DNA of 32,337 nt from a virus (Duplodnaviria > Caudoviricetes). The DNA lies in IMG/VR virus record IMGVR_UViG_3300036778_000071, positions 1 through 32,337 of that record; one strand, 5' to 3'. Shown one piece after another: positions 15,385 through 22,985 of the stretch. Under the pieces are notes generated by a model. That model saw nothing but the letters and a program-made list of their open reading frames with translations. It searched no databases and had not been told where the DNA came from. Position 1 is the stretch's first letter; each line of letters begins with the position of its first letter. A program made the translations under genes and the position numbers.

Positions 15385-15689
15385 GCCGTCCCCCTTTGAA
15401 GAGTCGAGATCCCCAGGCCGAGGCCCCCCCCGTAAATTGGTTGCCGATTACCGATGTCACCTTGCTGGTCGGCCCGGTGCTGGTGACCGCGGACCCGGAG
15501 ACGGATCAGACTGGCCGCCTCGCGATCTTCTATCGCCGCCGGCAGCATTTGCATGGGCGTTGGACGCGCACTGCCAATTGGGTTGATCGGAACACCCTCG
15601 CAGAGCTGGACCCGCAGCCAACCCATTGGCGTCAGAACCCGGCGGATGCATCGCTCGATCCGCACCAGATGTTCGCAAGGGCATCGTAA
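15381..15689 (+). CDS. Hypothetical protein with a DUF551-like W.PI...PTHW pattern
   Basis: ATGA overlap; NWLPITD...QPTHWR. Confidence 0.6.
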   Translation: MSRPPLKSRDPQAEAPPVNWLPITDVTLLVGPVLVTADPETDQTGRLAIFYRRRQHLHGRWTRTANWVDRNTLAELDPQPTHWRQNPADASLDPHQMFARAS

Positions 15690-16216
15690 TGACGACGGTC
15701 TTTCAGCTCTCGCTCAAATGCGACGACTGCGGCCACAAATACCGCCGCACCGTGCCGTCCGAGGACGCCCCGGACCCCCCCTGCCCGAAATGCGCGATTG
15801 TGCCCAAGCCGGCGATCGGCCTCGATATCGCCGCCGGCAGAGCCCCGGCGATCGGCGGCAATCCCACGGTTCGCGCCATGGATTACACCATGGAGGCCGT
15901 CGCCCAGGATTACGGCTTCACCGATCTGAAAACGGACGGGCGCCAAGGTGCGACCATGGCGCCGCAACTGCCGAAGGAACAGCAGGCGGCGGCGGATGCG
16001 ATGTTCAATCCGAAGCTGCGGCAGGAACAGCTTGGCAGAACCAATCCCGCGGTCGCGGCCAAGCTGCGGCAGATTGGGGCCGCGGCCATGGCGGGCGGCT
16101 ACCGGCAGAACAATCCGCTGCATGCGCCGGACCCCGTGTTGGTGGCGCAGCGGGGCCGCCAGCAGGGCGAGCCGGGCATTCGGGCGAATTTTGTGGCGGG
16201 TGACGGGGTGAAGTGA
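15689..16216 (+). CDS. FmdB-like Zn-ribbon protein
   Basis: CDDCGHKY...PPCPKC; TAATG overlap. This type of gene often sits between terL and portal. Confidence 0.7.
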   Translation: MTTVFQLSLKCDDCGHKYRRTVPSEDAPDPPCPKCAIVPKPAIGLDIAAGRAPAIGGNPTVRAMDYTMEAVAQDYGFTDLKTDGRQGATMAPQLPKEQQAAADAMFNPKLRQEQLGRTNPAVAAKLRQIGAAAMAGGYRQNNPLHAPDPVLVAQRGRQQGEPGIRANFVAGDGVK

Positions 16217-16344
16217 CCCCGTAAATGATTTGCGGGTGGCGGGGTGAGGGCGCGGAAGTGGCAAACCCCCGCGCCCTCGGTGCGCGTCATGCATTGCCGG
16301 GAGACACGCGGGTATAGCAAGGGCGTTGAACCCTCGCAAATAGT

Positions 16345-16373
16345 TTGCAAGGCCGGTCATGCAATCATAGGTT
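16345..16373 (+). promoter_or_regulatory. Candidate promoter directly upstream of the portal ATG
   Basis: TTGCAA-N17-TAGGTT, 8 nt before ATG 16382; no Shine-Dalgarno. Confidence 0.45.
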
Positions 16374-16381
16374 GCCGGCCT

Positions 16382-18187
16382 ATGATACTACCATCATCTA
16401 AGGTTGGTGGCTGGGCCAAGGAAATCATCGACGCCTGTTATGTGTCGCAGCCGCACCGGCTGGACCGGGGCGCGCGCTACCGCAACATGTTCCTCACGGG
16501 ATCGATGACGGGCGAACGTCAGGTCTACAACCTGATGTACAATCATATCGATAAGCTGTCTTCCTGGCTGTTGTCGCCGGTCGAACTCCGGTTTGGCATC
16601 GAGCCCGAATCGCAGCCTTCGCCGGCGGACCTGGCGATGGCGCGGCGGGCCAGCACGGCGCTGAACGCGAAGGCCCGGCGCGGTCACGTCGGAATCGAGG
16701 CGGCGCAGGCGAATTTGTGGGCGCTCATCAAAGGCGCCTGCATTCTCAAGCTGACCTGGGACCCGGACCTAAAACAGCTCAAGACCGATATCGTGCAGCC
16801 GGAACACATGGGCGTTTTGCGCGAGGACATTAACGGCTTCGATCGCCAAGAGGGGTTCGTCCATTCGAGCTGGTACACGCCGGACAGTTTTCGCCAGTCG
16901 GTCGCGGGCTATCCGAACGCCAAGGAAATCCTCCGGAAGATCACCCGATTTGTCGAGACGGCGCAGCCCAAGGAAAGCGCCGAGACGTCCGGCCCGGCCA
17001 TGCAGATCGTTGCGCCGGGGCTCTATCCCTATCAGGCCGCCGGCAATACCGGCGCCGGCACCGGCAAGGGCATGGTGGATTGGCTGACCGCCCCCGGCGC
17101 CGTGTTGGACCCGCGCGTGCGGCGGCAAATGATCCGCCGCGACGAGTTGTGGGTGTGGGACGATCGCCGCGATGATTGGACAACCATAACGATGGTCGGG
17201 GATGTCGTGGTCGATGGCGAGCTGCGGCACCGTAACTTACTTGCCGATGAGTTCGATCCGGACAATCCGACCAAGCGCATGCCGGCGGCCGAGGACAACC
17301 CGCTGCATGGGCATCACCCGTTCATCCTGTTCAACCCGAACAAGCTGCACGGCTATTTTTGGGGGATGTCCGAGGTCGAGTTGCTTTCGACGCTGCAAGG
17401 GTCGCTCAATGCCCGCGTCGAAGGCATCAACACGATCCTGCGGCTGCAAGAGGACCCGCCCCGCAAGTTCACCGGCTCAACCGTCACGCAGAAAACCTAC
17501 TCAGCCGCCCGCAAGCCCGGCGGCATGCTCAATGACAACAACCCGAACGCGAAAATGGAATTGCTGGCGCCCGACGTGCCGGCGTCGCTGTGGGAAAGCC
17601 TACACGAGATCGTCCAGATGTATCGGACCATGGCCGGGTTTACCCCGACCATGATGGGCCAGGGCGATCAGGGCGTTCGGTCGAATTCGCAGGCCGAGGC
17701 GCTGATCGCGGTCGGCAGCCCGGAAATCAAGGACCGCGCCCTGTTGGTCGAAGAGTCCGTGGCCGAGGTCGGCGGGCTCGCCCTCGATATTCTCAAGGCC
17801 AAGGACGGGACGCGATACATGGCCTGGCTGATGCCGGGCGAGGACTCGATCGTGGCGAAGATCGCGGCGCACGATGAACAGCTCTTGGAGCCGCCGGCCA
17901 AGGGCATGCAGCCCATCCCCTTCACGCTGCGGATGCTGTCGGACGAATTTGCGGTGCGCGTGGATTCCCATTCGTCCAGCCCGGCATTCGCTCACGAAAC
18001 GCAACAACTGATGTTTGCTTTGGCGAAGATCGGCGCCGCGACGCCCGAGGACGTCATCACCCGCATTCATCCGCCGAACGAGGAAGGCATCATTGCCGGG
18101 CTGGAACGCCGCGAGATCGCCCAAGCGCAGCTCGTCAAGGAACACCCGGAACTGCTCACCAAAACCGCCGGCCGCAAGAGGAAATAA
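16382..18187 (+). CDS. Portal protein
   Basis: About 600 aa, located between terL and scaffold/capsid. Contains YNLMYNHIDKL, HPFILF.P....FWGMSEVE.L..LQ..LN and a helical C-terminus. Start moved to ATG 16382. Confidence 0.8.
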   Translation: MILPSSKVGGWAKEIIDACYVSQPHRLDRGARYRNMFLTGSMTGERQVYNLMYNHIDKLSSWLLSPVELRFGIEPESQPSPADLAMARRASTALNAKARRGHVGIEAAQANLWALIKGACILKLTWDPDLKQLKTDIVQPEHMGVLREDINGFDRQEGFVHSSWYTPDSFRQSVAGYPNAKEILRKITRFVETAQPKESAETSGPAMQIVAPGLYPYQAAGNTGAGTGKGMVDWLTAPGAVLDPRVRRQMIRRDELWVWDDRRDDWTTITMVGDVVVDGELRHRNLLADEFDPDNPTKRMPAAEDNPLHGHHPFILFNPNKLHGYFWGMSEVELLSTLQGSLNARVEGINTILRLQEDPPRKFTGSTVTQKTYSAARKPGGMLNDNNPNAKMELLAPDVPASLWESLHEIVQMYRTMAGFTPTMMGQGDQGVRSNSQAEALIAVGSPEIKDRALLVEESVAEVGGLALDILKAKDGTRYMAWLMPGEDSIVAKIAAHDEQLLEPPAKGMQPIPFTLRMLSDEFAVRVDSHSSSPAFAHETQQLMFALAKIGAATPEDVITRIHPPNEEGIIAGLERREIAQAQLVKEHPELLTKTAGRKRK

Positions 18188-18513
18188 TGGTCGCCTATGT
18201 CCTAAACCCGCTCGCCGGGAACGTCACGACAGAGGATTTTTCCCTGGTCGTCGGCGCGACTCCCGTGATCGCGATCCCCAATGGCGCACTGCTCGGCCGC
18301 AATCTGAGCCTCATGCGGATTTGGAACGTGTCTACCAGTGCGACCATTTGGCTGTCGCGCAACGGCCAGCCGGCCGCCGTCAATACCGCCGGCAGCTTCC
18401 CCATCGGACCCGGCCAGTACGAGTTATGGACCTCGCCGCAGGCCATTCCGGTCAATGGGCTCTCGATCGTGTCCACGGCGGCCAATACCCCCGTCACCAT
18501 CGAGGTCGGCTGA
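18187..18513 (+). CDS. Small beta-rich putative virion protein (108 aa)
   Basis: TAATG overlap with the portal; beta-strand-rich composition. Confidence 0.65.
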   Translation: MVAYVLNPLAGNVTTEDFSLVVGATPVIAIPNGALLGRNLSLMRIWNVSTSATIWLSRNGQPAAVNTAGSFPIGPGQYELWTSPQAIPVNGLSIVSTAANTPVTIEVG

Positions 18514-18596
18514 TACAATCACAGGTAGCTGAATTTAATTTCTGCAACTGACGCGTTTCTACGTGTTAGCGGTGCAACTTTTGCGCGTAATTGTCA

Positions 18597-18626
18597 TTGA
18601 CGACACACGAAACCGGCCTATACGGT
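18597..18626 (+). promoter_or_regulatory. Candidate promoter for the head operon
   Basis: TTGACG-N18-TACGGT (alternatively N16-TATACG) in an AT-rich intergenic region, with CGGTGCAA at 18570. Confidence 0.5.
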
Positions 18627-18707
18627 AAATTCCGTGCCCGCAAATTGTTTACGGGTATGACCCGCGATCGGTCCTGGCTTGAGCCCTGGTCGCTTTCAGG
18701 AGGTCAC

Positions 18708-18746
18708 ATGGCACGCCGTCACGGGCGCCGTTCCCGGCGCAAGTAA
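18708..18746 (+). CDS. 12-aa arginine-rich peptide MARRHGRRSRRK
   Basis: AGGAGGT at 18698-18704, ATG at 18708, TAA at 18744. 8 of 12 residues are basic. Confidence 0.65.
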   Translation: MARRHGRRSRRK

Positions 18747-18798
18747 TTTTCGGGGGCCGTCGCCCGCTCCCGAAAGAGGCAGCGATGGCCCCTGAAAA
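18747..18798 (+). other. 17-bp stem-loop immediately after the peptide stop
   Basis: TTTTCGGGGGCCGTCGC pairs with GCGATGGCCCCTGAAAA, with two G-U pairs. Confidence 0.7.
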
Positions 18799-18820
18799 TG
18801 ACCGTTTGTGTGGGATGTAA

Positions 18821-19282
18821 ATGCCGCTGCTTCCCGGAGCATCGTCCCAGCCTCCCCAGCCTTCGCCGGCTGGACCGGGCGCTATGCCCCCGTCGCCGGG
18901 CGGCCCTGGCGCGACGCCGCAGCCTTCGCCTGGTGGTCCCGGCACGGTGCCAACCCCCAATCAGGGCAATCAGACGGGCGCCGTCCTGCAAATCCAGCAC
19001 GCCATGAAGATGCTGACCCAAGCGATGAACAACGTCCCGATGGGCGGCGAATTGTTCACCGACATTCTGACCACGCTCAAGAAATTCGGCACGCACTTGG
19101 AGCAAGCCGGCGTGCAGCAGGATCACGGCCTCCAAGCCAACAGCATGATGAAGCTTGTGCAGCAACAGGCCGCCCAAGCGCCGCAACAGGCCGCCCTGCG
19201 CGCGATGATGTCGCAATCGCAAGCGCCGGCCATGCCGCCCGGCGCCGGCGGATCACCGCCCCAGCCGCAACCAGCCATGTGA
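18821..19282 (+). CDS. Pro/Gln-rich hypothetical head-module protein
   Basis: Low-complexity ends around a helical core. Confidence 0.7.
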   Translation: MPLLPGASSQPPQPSPAGPGAMPPSPGGPGATPQPSPGGPGTVPTPNQGNQTGAVLQIQHAMKMLTQAMNNVPMGGELFTDILTTLKKFGTHLEQAGVQQDHGLQANSMMKLVQQQAAQAPQQAALRAMMSQSQAPAMPPGAGGSPPQPQPAM

Positions 19283-19295
19283 GGGAACCCCAGCA

Positions 19296-19481
19296 ATGGC
19301 CTCTTTTCCACGTCCTTACCTCAACACTGTGCCGACCAAGCCCGGCAGCGATCCGATGATTGAAACCGTCCCGTTCGACTCAATGGGCATCGGCGCGAAC
19401 TCGGTGGGCATGCCCAAAGGGTCCATCAACAGCGATTGCATGAGCATCGAGCATGTTGGCGGCTCGAAGGGCGGCAAATAA
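19296..19481 (+). CDS. Small hypothetical head-module protein (61 aa)
   Basis: GAGGGA RBS; TAATG overlap with the scaffold gene. Confidence 0.65.
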   Translation: MASFPRPYLNTVPTKPGSDPMIETVPFDSMGIGANSVGMPKGSINSDCMSIEHVGGSKGGK

Positions 19482-20056
19482 TGCCGATGGTCGATGAGGC
19501 CACATGGGCGATCCATCAACGGGCGTTGGCGCTGCTGAACAAGGTCGCGGACCATCCGCAGCTCGGCACGACGTTCAAGCGGATGGCGAAGCAGGTCGAT
19601 AACACGCTGCGCTTCCAAGACATCGAGGCGGCGGACACGATCGGCCAACCCCTGATGGCCGAATTGACCAAGGCCCAGGAACGAATCGCGAAGCTGGAAA
19701 CAGATCGCGAATCGGAGCGCCAGCAGCGCGAAGCCGAGTCGCATGTACGGACCCTGACCGGCGACATCGACACCGCCGCCAAGAAGTTCGGCCTGACCGA
19801 CGAAGGCGTCTCGGCGATGAAAACCCGGATGACGGAAAAGGGCAGCCTCGATGCCGAGGCCGCCGCCGCCTGGGTCGCCTCCCAAAGTCCACGGGCACGG
19901 CCCTCCGACGCAACCGGCGCCTTCGCCCCGGCCGCCCTCAATCTCTACGGCTCAAACGAGAAAGAGGAACGTTGGGAAAAACTCAACACCAATCCGGATG
20001 CCTGGATGTCCGAGGAAATCCAACGCGCCCTGGACGAAAACCCTCTGGCCGCTTGA
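19481..20056 (+). CDS. Putative capsid scaffolding protein
   Basis: Charged coiled-coil protein immediately upstream of the major capsid gene. Start moved to ATG 19481. Confidence 0.65.
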   Translation: MPMVDEATWAIHQRALALLNKVADHPQLGTTFKRMAKQVDNTLRFQDIEAADTIGQPLMAELTKAQERIAKLETDRESERQQREAESHVRTLTGDIDTAAKKFGLTDEGVSAMKTRMTEKGSLDAEAAAAWVASQSPRARPSDATGAFAPAALNLYGSNEKEERWEKLNTNPDAWMSEEIQRALDENPLAA

Positions 20057-20070
20057 GGAACAAACAATAA

Positions 20071-21144
20071 ATGTCCGGCTCCGTAACGCAGTTCCAGAAT
20101 GCCCAATCGGGCGGCATCGTTCCCGGCGGCGCACTCGGCCAACAGCTCTCGGCGATCACCCGGCGTGCGGTTATCCCGTCGCTGTTCGTGCAGATTTACC
20201 AGTCGCATCCCCTGCTGTCGCTGTTCCTGGCGAACGCACAGCGGGCGCGCGGTGGCGTCAGCCAGATCACCATCCCGACGCAGGGCGCGAGCTTCGTGTC
20301 CTTCTCTTGGGGGTCCTTCGCCGGCGACTTCCCGATGCCGGAAGATCAGGCGGCGATCCAAAACGCGCAGTTCAATCTCAAGCTCGGCATGGTCCCGATC
20401 GGCTTTTTCGGGATGGAAGCGCTGTTGCAGTCGTCGGAAGTCATCATTCCGAAGCTGCGCGCGGTGACGGCCGACGCCGCCGTGGTCATCCGGCAGGCTC
20501 TTGCGCAATCAATTTACGCCCCCCCATCCGGCAACAACCTGGTCCTCGATGGGCTGCCGGCCGCGTTTGACGACGGCACGCTGACGCCCTCCTACGGCGG
20601 CATCTCCCGGACCAATGCGTTCTGGCAGGGCCAGTATTACCCCAATGGCGGCGGCATCGCCGGCTCGATCGCCTCACGCGCCGGCATGGCCGTGGCGATT
20701 ACCCGCGTGCAGTCCGGCGCCGGTGGCGAAGCGCCGGATTTTGGGGTGATGAACCCGGCGGATTGGGCGACGCTCATGGTCGATTTCATGGGCTATGAAC
20801 AGTACCAGACCCGGCCGCGCTCGATCTACGGCAAGGGCGATGTCGTCAACGCCGGATTCCGCGCGATCCGCGTCCTGGATACCCCGATTTTCCCCGATCC
20901 GTTCTGCCCGCGCGGCCAGATGTTCATGCTGAACAGCCGCTACACGGCCATGTACATGTCCGAAATGGCCGGGTTTGTGTTCTCGGGCTTCGAAAGCACC
21001 ATCCCACAGGGCCAGATCGCCTCGATCGGCGTGCTGATTACCGCGCTCGATCTGGTGTGCAGCAAGCCCAGCAGCGGCGCGTACATCACCGGGTTGGCGA
21101 GCCCAGCCTGGCCGAACGTCCCAGGCCCCCCGGCCGTAATCTGA
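20071..21144 (+). CDS. Major capsid protein (HK97 fold expected)
   Basis: 357 aa, GAGGA RBS, located after the scaffold. Motifs LDGL.A..D.GT..YGGI.R...W, VMNP.DW and IFPDP.CP.G.MF.LN. Confidence 0.85.
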   Translation: MSGSVTQFQNAQSGGIVPGGALGQQLSAITRRAVIPSLFVQIYQSHPLLSLFLANAQRARGGVSQITIPTQGASFVSFSWGSFAGDFPMPEDQAAIQNAQFNLKLGMVPIGFFGMEALLQSSEVIIPKLRAVTADAAVVIRQALAQSIYAPPSGNNLVLDGLPAAFDDGTLTPSYGGISRTNAFWQGQYYPNGGGIAGSIASRAGMAVAITRVQSGAGGEAPDFGVMNPADWATLMVDFMGYEQYQTRPRSIYGKGDVVNAGFRAIRVLDTPIFPDPFCPRGQMFMLNSRYTAMYMSEMAGFVFSGFESTIPQGQIASIGVLITALDLVCSKPSSGAYITGLASPAWPNVPGPPAVI

Positions 21145-21157
21145 GAGGTTCCCCAGC

Positions 21158-22213
21158 ATGACTATGCCGTTTGGCGGCCCTGGAATTGTCCCGTCTTCGC
21201 GCGGGATTCCGTCGTCCTGTTTCTCTCTCGCGGCCGGTGCAACCTATTTGATCCCGGCGGGCTCTTGGGCGATCGACGTCGGCACCTATGCCGTACTCGA
21301 GCGCTTCGATCCGGTGACCGGTGCATGGCGCCGCCCTGGCGCGTTCGGGCCGGGCGTCCAATACGTCATTTCGGACGGCGTGAACTATCGCATCGCCAAC
21401 CGCACGGGCTGCGCGGCCGGGGCGCTGCTGACCAACGCGGGCAGCGGCTACATCTCGGCTCCCACGGTGACCCCTTCCGCCGGCGCCTCGATGTGGCAGG
21501 CCGTCATGGGGCCAGTTGTTTCCACGACGGCAACCGTCCTGACCGGGGGCAGCAATTACCTGTATCCGCCGCTGGTGCAGATTTCCTCGCCGTCGAACCC
21601 CGGCATTCAGGCGACGGGCACCGCGACAATGACCGGCGGCATCGTGACCGGGATCACGATCACCAATCAGGGCGGCGGCTATCAGGCCGTGCCGACCATC
21701 AACCTGGTGAACGATCCGCGCGACCAGACGGGCAATGGTGCGACCGCCGCGGTGGCTCTGACCGGCGGCGGCACCGTCGCGGGCGTGATCTGCATCGACC
21801 ACGGCAACGCCGTGACCGCCGTTCCCACGCTGGCCTTTTCGGGCGGCGGCGGGGCGAGCGCGGCGGCGACGGCCATCATGGACTTCACACTGACCGGCTA
21901 CACCGTGCAGACCGCCGGCGTGGGGTTTGCCGGCGCCGTGGAAGTGTGGGGCGTCCCGGCGTTCACGGCGGGGGCAGCCGCCTATACCAATCCGCAGACG
22001 CAGACGGGTCTCGTCAACATGCGTCAGGCCATCATCGTCGGTGGGCTTGCCGGGGGCGGCATCGCCGTTGCCGGCTCGGCTGTGATCGATGGCGGCCACT
22101 ACGAGGCGGTGCCCCTCTTGGTCTACGCCACGAACTCGATCCCGACCACGGCCGCCGCGTTAATCGCCGCAGTTGGCGGCGCCGTCGCAAACGTCATCAT
22201 GCTGGCGGTCTGA
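21158..22213 (+). CDS. Virion structural protein with about five GSGY-type beta repeats (decoration or head fibre)
   Basis: LTNAGSGYISAPTV, LTGGSNY..PP.V and ITNQGGGY..VPTI; follows the capsid gene. Confidence 0.7.
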   Translation: MTMPFGGPGIVPSSRGIPSSCFSLAAGATYLIPAGSWAIDVGTYAVLERFDPVTGAWRRPGAFGPGVQYVISDGVNYRIANRTGCAAGALLTNAGSGYISAPTVTPSAGASMWQAVMGPVVSTTATVLTGGSNYLYPPLVQISSPSNPGIQATGTATMTGGIVTGITITNQGGGYQAVPTINLVNDPRDQTGNGATAAVALTGGGTVAGVICIDHGNAVTAVPTLAFSGGGGASAAATAIMDFTLTGYTVQTAGVGFAGAVEVWGVPAFTAGAAAYTNPQTQTGLVNMRQAIIVGGLAGGGIAVAGSAVIDGGHYEAVPLLVYATNSIPTTAAALIAAVGGAVANVIMLAV

Positions 22214-22217
22214 CAGT

Positions 22218-22985
22218 GTGGGCGAGACCCTTGCTTGGTATCTGGCTGACGCCTCATCCGTTATGCGGGATTGGGGCTTTCAGTTCACGAGCCCAGCAAG
22301 GCTGACGCGGTGGATCAACACAGCCCGTAAACAAGTTGCCAAACAGACCGGGTGCCTGCGGGTCCTGGTCGCCGGAAAGACGCCCTCCGGGGCGTCCGCC
22401 CAGCCCGGCGAAATGCGGCCGGGGACCTTCGCGCCGGGGACGGCCGACTACACCGGATTTGTCTGCCGCGAAAACGTCGAGCGCTACGCATACGGCGTGG
22501 CGAACCCGATCATCCTGGCCGAGAACACCGGATATGCCGGGGTCTATGACGTCTTCGGCGTCGCGGTGTCCTGGGGCTCTGCCCGCCCTGCCCTCCGCTG
22601 GATGCCATGGGATGATCTGCAAGCCTATTGCCGGTCATATTCCTTCATCGTCACGTCCTACCCGGCCGTGTGGTCCACGTTCGGCACTGGCGCGACCGGG
22701 CAAGTCTGGCTCTGGCCGCCGCCGTCGCAGACCTTGGAAATGGAGTGGGATGCGACCTGCCTGCCGGCCGATCTGAACACCAATGACGATTACGACGCGA
22801 TCCCGGACCCACTGACTGAATCCGTCAAATTCTTTGCCGCCGGCATGGCGATGCTCGGTTCGTTTCGCTACGGCCAAGCCGAACAGCTCTTCCAGCTCTA
22901 CATGCAGCAGTTGGGGATCGATGCGGGGGCGGCCGAGGGCGGCAAAGTCCCGAATTATTATTACACATCCAGGGCGATGGCCTGA
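22218..22985 (+). CDS. Putative head-tail adaptor (tail tubular protein A-like)
   Basis: GTG start at 22218. L..WIN.A...VA, P......LWP.P and D.IP pattern; synteny. Confidence 0.6.
   Translation: MGETLAWYLADASSVMRDWGFQFTSPARLTRWINTARKQVAKQTGCLRVLVAGKTPSGASAQPGEMRPGTFAPGTADYTGFVCRENVERYAYGVANPIILAENTGYAGVYDVFGVAVSWGSARPALRWMPWDDLQAYCRSYSFIVTSYPAVWSTFGTGATGQVWLWPPPSQTLEMEWDATCLPADLNTNDDYDAIPDPLTESVKFFAAGMAMLGSFRYGQAEQLFQLYMQQLGIDAGAAEGGKVPNYYYTSRAMA

Noticed and set aside
16244-16381. Upstream start for the portal
   Set aside because: The extension spans a hairpin and promoter-like DNA; ATG 16382 is more plausible.
21120-21160. Programmed frameshift or readthrough joining the capsid to the next gene
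   Set aside because: No clear slippery heptamer, the next gene is out of frame, and it has its own GAGG RBS.
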